Positions 25,744 through 37,743 of a stretch of DNA of 64,000 nt are shown piece after piece. The notes under the pieces are model-generated. The model did not search any database and was not told the origin of the DNA. It was given only the letters and a program-made list of their open reading frames with translations. The stretch's first letter is position 1; each line of letters opens with the position of its first letter. Source of the stretch: Paragordius varius (Eukaryota; Animalia; Nematomorpha); NCBI GenBank assembly GCA_964247055.1, contig OZ176050.1, forward strand, positions 4,216,001 through 4,280,000, written 5' to 3'. The translations under genes and the position numbers were made by a program.

Positions 25744-27400
25744 GGTTACCAGATTTTTAAATGGAAAAAGCCGGACAACTCTGAAAGGAAGGGGGCGTTT
25801 ACTATCAAAAATGTTCTAACAAAAAATAATATTGTAATATTTTTTTTAATTATACAATTTATAATTATAAAAAAATGTATAATATTTCATTCTTTATATT
25901 TTTTATTTGAGTGAATATCTAGAAAAAACGCGTTCACTCGCCGCGTTAGTTCCCGGTAAAGAGGGTGCAATTTCCACTATTTTTTGTAAGGAAAGTAGTG
26001 TGTTTCAAAATGATGAAATTTTCCAACCATTTTTCATCTACTGTTACTTATCTTGATGCCCAATATTTGAACTTTTTCTTATCAATATATTTTTTAACCA
26101 ATGATACTTCATTAAAAAGATCATTTTCAGAATTATTACTATTTGGGAATTTTAGGGAAATATAACAAGATATTTTTGATAAATCGTACCAAGTACGATT
26201 CTGGTTTTAATGTAACCAATAAAAATGATCAATATCATTATTGTACCATCCGGTCTTCCAAATAATATTTGCACTGAATACAATTCCTTTTTATATGGTT
26301 CATGATATCCTGACGGTTTATTGCACCTTGTTCTTCGAGCTCATTTATACCATTGCTATTAAATGGTGGAAAATTATTATTTAACCTCTCTTAACATTGT
26401 TATTTTAAATTCAACTACATTTGCTATTTGGATTGCAGATAATTTGACCTTCAATAATTTTATTGATGTTTTGAAAAAGAGCAGCTTGATTTTGTAGAAA
26501 CTCTAGCCATATTTTAAAGATTTACTTTCAACTTTTCTAAAATGGTAGGACATGTGTCTTGCGAAGTAGGATTTTAAGAGATCATACATTTTTAAATTTG
26601 GCAGGAGAGCTACGGTTTTACAGTATAACTCCAGCATTTTCACAAAATTCTCATTTCAATGGGTACAGTGTATATATAGAAATAAGAATATATTTTAACG
26701 ACAATGTTTTCCACATCTACTGGTACAAGTCAGCAGTGTTTGTAGAGTGTTATTGATAATGGTATTATATGCGCTGCTCACCCAACACCAATAATATTTT
26801 AATTCAGATTCTTCGCTAATTTATAACAAATATTCTTTGTGCCTATTCTCGCTTTTCCTCCAAAATTAGTGTTCGTATTGTCATATGCGATAAATTTTGT
26901 TTTAAATTATTCTTTTCCAATATCAATAATATAAAAATTATTTTAGAATTTTCACCGGGTAAAAAAATAAAATCTAAAATTTTAATTTTAACCCCAGTAT
27001 TTGAATTAAAATATCTTATGATGGTTGGAAAAATTTTATATCTTTATGATAGCCAGAATATATGGATATAAAATTAATTTTTTGTAAATTAGTTTTAATT
27101 TCTGAAAATGCATATGGGGAAAGCCTATTGCATACTATTGCCTCGGCCTTTGTTCTCAGTTAAATTTTTTAAATAGCTTTCTGATAATTTGTGATGCACA
27201 ATCCATAGATCTGAAGGAATGATTGTGATTAACAGCTTGAAATGATATAAGTCTGCTAATGCTAAATTATTCTTTTCGTCTCCATAAGTTGTTTTTTGAA
27301 AAAAATGGCATTTTGGAAGATGATGCAGCAGTATTATAACATCTTTTATGTTTCTGTGTCTCTGTGACATTTAAAAATATCTTAAAAAATAGTTTTTAGT
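25741..27400 (-). mobile_element. Degenerate hAT transposon (transposase remnants, one TIR)
   Basis: TIR-like TAGGGTTACCAGAT at 25741; minus-strand peptides HNHSFRSMDCASQIIRKLF, DNTNTNFGGKARIG, VPVDVENIVVKIYSYFYIYTV are typical of one invertebrate hAT transposase family; many stops. Confidence 0.75.
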
Positions 27401-27519
27401 TAATACGAATGCGATAAGGATACGATACGGATATGACCGATATGAAGATATGGGATTATTTATTCATATGATCAATATAAAATCACATGTTACCCAGAAA
27501 TTATATATTATATAATTCA

Positions 27520-27870
27520 ACACCCATTTAGTAAACATGGGCGGATATGGTTTCATGTTTTATAATGCGTTTTGTATCATGTTCCAAATAATCCATTCCG
27601 AAATTTTCTGGATCACTTTTCCAAGTCTCCAGCCCGATCCTAATTTGGTTCTCATGTATATTAATTTTGATTCTCTCCCATCCAAAAATCTTTTTCCCGG
27701 ATTTTTCCCTTCCCGGAATGCTGTGATTTCCTTTACACGATGATTGTCTCTCTAAGAACAACCTTAATTTTTGTTCCAGCAGGCCTGCCTGCCTTTACGC
27801 GTGTTTTCAAGGTCCGTATGACCCGTTGACAAATACCTTTGGCTATGAATGATAAGGTGTAGTAAATGGG
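27520..27870 (-). mobile_element. LTR-retrotransposon integrase C-terminal remnant, distinct from the THOC3 element
   Basis: TTPYHS...QRVIRTLK...HSIPG...KIFGWE resembles the end of a gypsy integrase core; frameshifted. Confidence 0.45.
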
Positions 27871-28756
27871 TGGTCGATATTCTCTTCATAGAATCTTTCA
27901 AATTGTCAGAAAGCGAGTTGCGAATTGTTGTCAGAAGCTAATCTCGATTACCAATTTTTGGATAGTTAAAACTATATTAATTTTATAAGATGTGATAAAC
28001 TTTTTTAAAAATTCAGTTATTTGACCCCATAAATTAACATAATAGTTCTATCTAGATATCTATACTGTTTGAAAAAAATTTATTCTTGGTTTATTATTAT
28101 CTGAGCTATATGAAATTTTAGATTTTAAAAATTTAGATAAGCTAAATTTCAAATGTTTTTTATCCTTTTTATTTCACCTTTTTGTACTAGTTTTATATGC
28201 CAGTGATTTTGTAAATGAACAGTTTTAAAATTAATTTTAGCTTTAAATTATCAAACATTGTTTCCATGTATTAAATAAAAAAAGCTTATATTTTTTATAT
28301 TTGACTTCTAGAGTCGAAAATTGCGACAGCTCCAAATTGCTGATATTAAAAAAATATATAAAGTTTTTATTGGTAAAATGTATTCTGAAAGCTTCTTAAA
28401 GTTAGTTACATCTTTTAACGATAATATACATATATTTGCCTTGTATAAGCGATTTTAAAAAATTTATAGAAAAAGGGCGGCAGTGTTTGTGATGAGGATT
28501 TTTATACAATTTTACATTTAAATTTATAATGCGCCTAAAAGGCTAAAAAAAGCATTTCGGCTTGATAATTTAAATACTTAAGATATCTAAATTTGATATA
28601 GCAGTAGGATATAAAATACCCTAAAAGTAATAACGTGTTAAATTGATAATGCAACAGACAAATTAATGACTGCTATCGTTAATGTAAATCATTAACTTTT
28701 AAAAGCTTTTAAGCTATATTTTACTCGCAAATTATATTTCGATTTTAATATCAATT

Positions 28757-29340
28757 TTAATTGGATACAACACACTCATTTTAGTCCTTCGATTCAAATT
28801 GGGGTAGTTGGATACCCCAGGCGTGTTTATAATCAAATACTTTAAAAAGTATAGAAGGAATCGAATCCATGGCAAAATTTTGCACTTATATAACATTAAT
28901 GAAACTAAATATATAAAAAATTTTATTCAAAAAAATTTGATATTAAATATTTTAAGCCAAAACCGAAAGGTAAAAATTTCGTCAACGTGACATGTGTCAA
29001 ATAGTAAAATTAAAAAATAATACAAAATAAACCGCTTTTTCTATTTCTATCAATGCTAAATGTAATTTATATTAAATATCTTTAGTTCTACCCTTAAAAT
29101 TAAATGAAGACGATATTTCGCAAAAATTTTGTAAAATAAAAATGGCGTCGAAGTAGTTTGAGATGGAACCTTTTTTTCAAAACAAAATTTTATCAAGATC
29201 TTTTGGCATATTTATATAATTTTTATCAGGATAGAAGCATAAATTTAAATTGGGACCGTTCCCTTCAGTAGTTTTTTAAAAGTCCTAATTTAAATTTAGT
29301 CTGGGGAATTTAGATACCCCAATTTGAATCGAAGTGTTAA
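28757..29340. mobile_element. piggyBac-type MITE, copy C
   Basis: TTAA-TTGGATACAACACACTC...GAATCGAAGTG-TTAA. Confidence 0.88.
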
Positions 29341-29676
29341 TCTTGTTTAGGAGCTGTTCAAATTGTTATAACCCAAACAACTGTAAAAAAATTAGATTTT
29401 GGAGTGAAAACATGGGAACAAAGTTTGATTTCCAACTAAAACAACTTTTTAAACAATAGCGTATTAAAATTCAGCTCTGAGATATAATTTACCAAAATAT
29501 GTAAACTAAGATAAAAAGTGAAAAGGTAAAGTCTAAATAAAAATATGTAAACCACACCTCTTGATATACTTGGTCTAACAGATGTTATAAAATAGCGTCA
29601 TAAAGTCATTTTTACCATCCAATTTTCTCCATTATTATTTAAAAAAATCTTCATCATTTTTTTTTATTTTTTATTA

Positions 29677-31947
29677 ATGGATTCGCTTGAGGAAACAAAA
29701 CCGATTCGTGAAAAATCACCTATGGACATAATAGTAAATATTGATAATGTAACCGAAAATATTGCTCCTGTGTCCGAGTTTGTATCTCATGGCGGGACGA
29801 AACGAAAACGTAAACGCTATCGAAAGAAAAAAGACAACCTTGCCGCTGATCGGAATAACAATGCACAAAATGCACTTTCATCTCCTACATTTATAAAACC
29901 AAATTTTCATTTTAATAAATGTGGATGTTTTTTATGTAATAACTATTGTGATTGCTATATGTGTTATAGAAATAAGACATTTTTTCTAAAACCTTATCGA
30001 TCATTAAATTATAATGCTAAATATCGGAAAAATGAGATTAAAAATTTTGTAAAAAAAGAGCATGATGACCAAACAGATTTAAAAAATGATGTAAGTGAAG
30101 ATAAATTGAAAGAGGATTTGCGAATTACATTTGACGAGGAAAACAAATTGTCACCTATGCCATCAACATCTAAACAAAATATTTCTGGAGATCTTGCTAA
30201 CAAAGAAGAAACAAAGAGGTTTATATAATATTTATATATTTTATGTTTGTTCTGAATACTGGCTAAATAATAAACCGTTATACAATTTTATATAATAATC
30301 CATATATATAGAGATGAACCTTCAAATTTGAGTCCAATTATCAATACCACGGTATCATCAATGGGGCCTAAACATTATCAATCAAGACCAGAATATTCGC
30401 TCAATCATTACAGACATTATCCGTATCGGGGGAATAAAATGCACACATCTAATCAACCACATTTAACTAACGTTCCATCGGACTCTAAAAATTTCCCTAA
30501 TAAAGTGTCAATGTACCATAATATGCCTTATAATATGCATCATTATGCTGGGAGATACGGACACTATCCGTCACATTCAATTCCCTATCATTGGAATTAT
30601 ACTTCGTCCAACAATCGATATCCAGTGCATCACCATTCAACCATCCCGAACACTAAGAAAACGAATGCGGCCAATAGTAACAATAGCTTTAATTGCGTTT
30701 TTCGCAACCCATCACATTTTTATCATTACAAACATCATTTGTATAATAACAAGTATTCACAGTCATCGAAACAACAGAACATGTTTAAGAATCAAAGCGA
30801 AACAAAAGATGACGCACAACTTAACAACATGCCTCGTGAGGGAACTCATTATCCACATAGAAGATGGGGCTCAACCGATGATAATTTACCCAACGGCGGA
30901 GGACCTTTGAAAAAAAATGCTGCATCAAATCGTATCTCAAAATCTTTTGGCAATACATCAAAACTTCCAGTTAACCGGCGTCATAACCGGTATGCTCTTA
31001 GATCTCGTCCTTCAAACAATATTGGTATTACCACATCTTCTGGTGGCACTTATAAAAACAATAAAAGTTTCGCCAGAACAGGCGGTATTGGCGTAAAAAA
31101 TCGTGGTCGAGGTCGATCATCACTCAAATCATCTGCCATTACAAGACGGAGAGGGGGACGTTTTACGACCGATGGAACTAATAATGTTGATGTCAACAAC
31201 TCCAATCAACAACAATCAGTTGTGGTGAAAGAAATTGCTCATGCACCGAAAAATGACAATGAGTTCCTCATGAGGGATCATTACACCGATGAACATGGCT
31301 TTACTACATTCACGCCTTCATTTAATTATCCCTATATGGTGCCAGAAGAACATGAACATAATGATGATATTGTAACTAGCACACTACACAATCAACAGCT
31401 AGCAGATGGTGTGCGCTACACAGGATCGCCAATGTTGGATAACGCGGGTTCAATTTCTCCACCCTCAGATTACGAGGAGTATATGGAGGAATTGTTCTTG
31501 GAAAAAGATTTTGCCGAAGAATATGAATTGGCTCAAAATGTTCGGCTTCAGGCAATGACAAAATCTGAGCTGATTCAAGAAGTCTTGTTTTTGCAGGCCC
31601 AACTCGAAGACCGCGATAGGGAAATGATGGCACTCAAAATGCACCAATCCTTAGTTCCAATCAATGATGATCCAGAATGCGTTAATATGGTTGGCACAAC
31701 AAACACAACAACGACCCGTTCCACGTCTCAAGAAAAAACGCCTGAACCTCACAGCAATATTATGCCTTCCACAACTTTTAGCAGACCAGTTACTACTATT
31801 GATAGATTGTTTAATTCTGTCCATACGTCTCCGCCTGTGACCTCTACCCAAAACATTTCCCCACCCCTTGGGGAACATGACACAAGTCAGCCATTGCCCA
31901 ATGAAGAAATGCCGGATAACGAAAATGCTGTTGAAATTGATAGATAA
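29677..31947 (+). CDS. HEXIM: HEXIM-family P-TEFb regulator with long low-complexity N-terminus; 2 exons (29677-30218, 30312-31947)
   Basis: HAPKNDNEFLM corresponds to HEXIM APYNTTQFLM; LFLEKDFAEEYELAQNVRLQAMTKSELIQEVLFLQ corresponds to the HEXIM cyclin-T-binding coiled coil; a 93-nt phase-2 GT-AG intron joins the two ORFs in frame. Confidence 0.82.
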
Positions 31948-32073
31948 TTCAAATAGAATTTATGGCTTTTGGTGCAATGCCAATATATATTGATGAAAAT
32001 TTGTTGGATTCATATATAGATTACTAAAATAAGTCATATATTTACATACCATATTTTTTAATTACATCATATC

Positions 32074-32109
<36 letters not shown>

Positions 32110-32888
32110 ATGATAGAAATTTATAGTCTATTATAACATATTTTATACGATTGGATGTATTTAATTTACAACGTAGGAGATAACCCAAACACATATACAT
32201 TATACAATATATTTGATAATTTTTTATGCCATATTATACAATATCTAAATAAATTTTCTTAACCATTTTTTATCCGTAAAGTGAATTATACGTTAACAAT
32301 GAACTCTAATCAATTATTTACAGACTGGCTGCTGTACGCAAAACTAGCATATAATTTGATAATATCTTTTATTCGCACGTTCAAAAAATGTTATAATGAG
32401 TTTATTTAAAAAAAGCTGAACTATGATGATCAAAAAATTGAATCGATATCTATTTTTTAAAATATATATATAGATGATAAGTAGTCTTGTAATTGAAATA
32501 ACAATCCAAGCGTTGAAAAAGCTTACATGGTATAAAAATAATTATTTTGGACTGTAGTTTGATAGTCTAGTATAAAGAGATAAAACACAGTTGTAAATAT
32601 AATTAAATATTTTTATATTCTGTTTCTCAACCTAACAATAGTGATGTTTAAATTATTTTTTTTGTGGTTTAACTTCTTATTGTAATTTAAAATGAGAATT
32701 CAGTCAATCAATCATTTAAGGGTAGTTGGTTTTTGAGAAATTTGCATAAATTAATTACGAATGGGTGGATATGTCAAACAATATAACATTCATATAATAC
32801 AATATTTTATAGTTAAAAAACAATATGACACAACAAAAAAACTATATGTGGAGATATAGGAAGAATTTATTTAACATAATAAACAAAA

Positions 32889-34277
32889 TTAAAATGGTTT
32901 AAATTTTCTATGGGCTTTAATTCGCATAATTTTTTCTTTGTCCGTTTCAAATTTTCTTTTAAGCTCATCCAATCCTAAATTATAAAATATGAATGCAAAA
33001 GCTTACGTTCAACTTTGGATTGAGCCATTTGGAATTTATAAAAGTTTTGTGACATGGTTGATGCTTTCTAATTAGTAAAATTTAAAATGACATGGAATAA
33101 ATAATGTTAAATTTATAGAGAATTGCAAACAAGAATATTTATAAAGTACGCGATATTGTTTTATATTTTGGAAAATAAAAATATGGTAGATTTTTTTTAA
33201 AAAATTGAGTCTTCTATTGATTTTTGGGTTGCGGCTCTTCACGATAACTCAAACTTTAACTTCTTATATTACGCCTTATTAAATTTTAATAAAACCAAAT
33301 AACAATGATACCAATAAAAAATAAATTATTATTAATGGTACTTGTTTCTTATTTTTTAAGCGGGCATGCCGAACATTGTGCATTTTTTTCAAGTTTGATT
33401 TCGCCTTATTTTTATGGCTGACTACGGTCCAGCCTTCCTCGGCATTCATAATTTGCTTTTGTTTTTCTTCCAATTCCTCCTTCTCCTAAATATCAGATTT
33501 CTTTTCTTACAAATTTAAAATTATTTTAAGGGTATTCGTAGTGACATTCCACTAATTTATTGATTAAACAAAATTTGTTAAATAAATATTATCCCAATTA
33601 TTTATCAAAAACTACTATTTTATAGGTTTATGGATAAAATAAAAACGTCATATAATAATATATTTAATTAATATAACTAATTTGTCTATCTAAACCTTTA
33701 AAATTGTTTTATTGGATATGCATTTGTAAAAAAGATGCAGCTAATAGCATTGCTTAAAACCGAATCAAATTTAAAATTTAATAGAAAGATATAAATTAAA
33801 TATCACTTGATTAAGGATTTTGTCATATTCTGACATATATGAATTTATTTGCTTATTTAACTTTTGTATATATCTTATTTCTTTATCACAATAGTTCATA
33901 CAGTAAGCTTTGAATATATTACGAAAATAAACTTGCATGTCCTAGATTTGGATTTTGATCAATATATAAAATCATTGGATTAGCGGCTGAATATTGATTA
34001 AAACTATTCAAACACCTATTGAAGGTATCATTATCTTTAAAAATAGCTATAATTTTTGGTTTCAATTTAAATTTATGTTCCAGTTCTCCGGGCAATAATT
34101 CAATGATATCCTATAATTTATTTGGCAAAAAACTTTATCAAAGTATTGTGGTAAGTTTTTAAATATTAATGTAAAAATATTTGTTTTTGCATTTTGCGAA
34201 ACATTAATAAACATATATCGCAAAACTGGACTGTCTCTTAAAACTTTGTAAGGCACGATTTTATCAGATGATCGCAT
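32889..34277 (-). CDS. RRP7A: Ribosomal RNA-processing protein 7 homologue, 6 exons
   Basis: Exons 34134-34277, 34016-34110, 33807-33941, 33342-33485, 33007-33067, 32889-32974; INSYMSEYD, EEGWTVV, NFYKFQ, LDELKRKFETDKEKIMRIKAHRKFKPF-stop match RRP7. Middle exons are less certain. Confidence 0.88.
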
Positions 34278-34327
34278 GTTACTAAAATATGAAAATGCGA
34301 GAAATTTTGAAAATCTCATATTGTACT

Positions 34328-34903
34328 TTAACACTTGCACACAAAACATTTATTTTAGTCCTTCGATTCAAATTGGGGTAGTTGGATACCCCAGGCCTGT
34401 TTAAAATCAAATATTGATAGTATGGAAGTATTCGAAACCATGGCAAAATTTTGCACTTATATAACATTAATAAACCGAAGTATATAAAAAAATTTATTCA
34501 AAAATACTTGATATTACTTATTTTAAGCTAAAAGCAAAAGGTAAAAATTTCGTCAACGTGACATGTGTCAAATTGTAAAATTTAAAAATAATACAAAATA
34601 AACCGCTTTTTCTATTTCAATGTTAGATGTAAATTATAAAAAAATTAGCTTTAGTTACCCTTAAAATTAAATAAAGACGATATTTTGCAAAAATTTTGTA
34701 AAATAAAAATGGCGTCAAAGTAGTTTTAGATGGAACCTTTTTTTCAAAACAAAATTTTATCAAGATTATTTGGCATATTTATATAATATTTATCAGGATA
34801 GAAGCATAAATTTAAATTGGGACCGTTTCCTTCAGTAATTTTTTAAATATATTAAAATTTAGTCTGGGGTATTTAGATACCCCAATTTAAATCGAAGTGT
34901 TAA
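34328..34903. mobile_element. piggyBac-type MITE, copy D
   Basis: TTAA-CACTTGCACAC...AATCGAAGTG-TTAA. Confidence 0.9.
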
Positions 34904-35455
34904 CACTTGGATATAACATATTCAATTTAGTCATTCAATTTAAATTGGGGTACTTAAATACCCCAGGCCTGTCTAAAATTGAATTCTTTAAAAAATATGG
35001 AAGGAATCAAAACCATGGAAAAATTTTGCACTCAAATAAACCGAAATATATAAAAAAATTTATATTAGTTATTTTATAAAACCGAAAGGTAAAAATTTTG
35101 TCAACGTGACATGTGTGCAATGAGTAAATTAAAAAATAATACAAAATTAACCATTTTTATTTACATCAATATTAGATGTAATTTAAATAAAAAATTAGCT
35201 TTGATTTCAACTTTAAAATTAAATGAAGACGACATTTTACAAAAATTTTGTAAATAAAAATGGCGTCGAAGTAGTTTGACATGGAACTTTTTTCTTCAAA
35301 ACAAAATTTTATTTAGATATTTTGGCATATTTATATAATTTATATTAGGATAGAATCATAAATTTAAATTGGGACCGTTTTCTTCAGTAGTTTTTTAAAA
35401 ATCTTAACTCAAATTTAGTCTGGGGTATTTCAGTCAATTTGAATCGAAGTGTTAA
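34900..35455. mobile_element. piggyBac-type MITE, copy E (tandem with D, sharing one TTAA)
   Basis: GAAGTG-TTAA-CACTTGGATA junction at 34900-34903; ends GAATCGAAGTG-TTAA. Confidence 0.9.
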
Positions 35456-35577
35456 ATTGTCAGTATTCAGAAAGTTGGTAACATCATTTAAAAATTTTTA
35501 TACATAGAATAGATTTTTAAATAATCTCAGTTTTGCGAAAAACGTGCATATTAAATAAAACTTAGCCTATTTTTTAT

Positions 35578-36159
35578 TTAACACTTGGATACAAGACACT
35601 CATTTTAGTCCTTCGATTCAAATTGGGGTAGTTGGATCAGCCTGTTTAAAATCAAATACTTTAAAAAGTATGGAAGAGATCGAAACCATGGCAAATTGTT
35701 GCACTTATATTATATTAAGAAACGGAAATATATAAAAAATTATATTCGAAAATACTTGATATTACTTATTTTAATGTAAATCCTGAAGGTAAAAATTTAG
35801 TCAACGTAACATATGTGAAATGGTAAAATTAAAAAATAATAAAAAAATAAACCGCTTTTTTTATTTCTATCAATGTTAGACGTGATTTAAATAAAAATTT
35901 AGCTTCAATTTTACCCTTAAAATTAATAGAAGATGATATTTTGCAAAAATTTTGTAAAATAAAAATGGCGTCGAAGTAGTTTTACATAAAACTTTTTTTT
36001 CAAAACAAAATTTTATTTGGATATTTTGGCATATTTATATAATTTTTATTGGGATAAAAGCATAAATTTAAATTGGGACCGTTTAGTAGTTTTTTTTAAA
36101 ATTTTAACTTAAGTTAATTCTGGGGTATTTAGATACCCTGATTTGAATCGAAGTGTTAA
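35578..36159. mobile_element. piggyBac-type MITE, copy F
   Basis: TTAA-CACTTGGATACAAGACACTC...GAATCGAAGTG-TTAA. Confidence 0.9.
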
Positions 36160-37743
36160 AATCTAAGGTGATAGATATTATCATCATTTAACTATAGAAA
36201 TAAGGTTTCAAAATAATTTAATGTGTTTTTTAACAAAATGTTGCCAAAAATTTATATACAAGCAATTGCAGTTTTTTTGTCATGATATAACATATATTTT
36301 GGGCCTTAATTAGGGTTGTGCATTGATTGCTTTTTCAAAAAAGTCCGGTCAGACCCAGTCAGACCATGGTCAAGACCACGGTCATGACCATTTTTTACTT
36401 AAATAAATATCATGCGATATTGGATTGTGAAAATAATGTTCGTACGACACTTGCGTTTCACTAATAATGTCATGTTTTTTCTTAAAAGTTTATATTATAC
36501 AATTTTTGGATATTTATTTTTTCAAATATTTTCAATCAAATTTAATCAGGAATTTTGTTTTCAAATAGATTTTGCCACATGTTTGTCGCCTTCTGAATCT
36601 TCCAATACTTAGCTTTTAATACTGGATATTTCAAATAAAATTTTACTTAGTTTGTTTTACACTTTATTTGATCATTGAAATATCCAATTATAAAAAAATT
36701 TTTCATTTTGTTGGCTCAAATATATGAAATAAATGCATATTTTGCAAAACGCTTGATTGTTTTGTTTTTCGAAACAACTGGATATGCTTAAATGCTAATG
36801 TTATAAGGATGCATGTTTAACAATTTTATATTGTTATATAAGCAAATTTAAATATTTAATTTATATTTTTATTAACTTCCAAAAAATTACCAGCAATTTT
36901 TCAAAAAACAGCTGATTTTTAAATGACCATGGTCAAAAAATAAATAGTCACTGACCTCGTCTTTTCCTATATCACTCATGAACCCCCAAACCAAATCTCC
37001 ATAAAAATGATACATTTATCTATTAGAATATAGTTGCATTCTGATAATCTTTTATAGCCCCCTACTCGATTTTGGACGCAGTGTTTATCGCTATTTCCCA
37101 ATGTATTCTAGAAAATATTGGTTTTGAGCTTTACCAGTGATAAGAGAGTTGCCACTTAATTGCAAGTAATTAAGACAGAAAACACCGAATTTCTCCCATT
37201 TTGTTAAATAAATAATGATAGTAAATGCATCATTCCAAAAAATATCACTTTATCATGAACTACATATAAAAAGCAAAACATGTTTTTAATTCTAGATGCT
37301 GGCTCTAAATTTCAACTTTTTGGAATCGTCTAAAATTTTCAAGTTCTCTTTAACCCGACCTTTTAATTTTTTATCCGCCATTACATATTGGGGTGGTATT
37401 ATATCGCAGAGGTCTATCCTGTAAATTAATTACTGTGTGTTTTAGCTAAATTTAAATTATCAAACATTGTTTTCCTGTTTACAACTGATTTTTTAAATAA
37501 ATATTAATTATTTTTTGTTAGTAAAATACAACGTGAAAGGTAGAACTTATCTATTTTCTAACCATATTATACATTTTTTTACTATTATAACAATTTAAGA
37601 CTTTGATACAACTAGGGTTGTGATTTTGACCCCCTTTTTCAAAAAAGGGGGTCAGACCTAGGTCGGACCTAGTTCTACCATATGTTATATAATAAATAAC
37701 TACATAAATACTTGATTAAATTACAAAGGTTTTTACATAAAGT

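Noticed and set aside
33486-33510. Apparent 25-nt intron GTAAG...TTTAG in RRP7A
   Set aside because: The would-be upstream exon has an in-frame TAA five codons before the donor; the acceptor is better joined to the donor at 33806.
36310-37660. TAGGGTTGTG-type ends at 36310 and 37613 (complement near 54657) as one bounded transposon
   Set aside because: The two nearby ends are in the same orientation and no matching TSD was found; treated as unpaired remnants.
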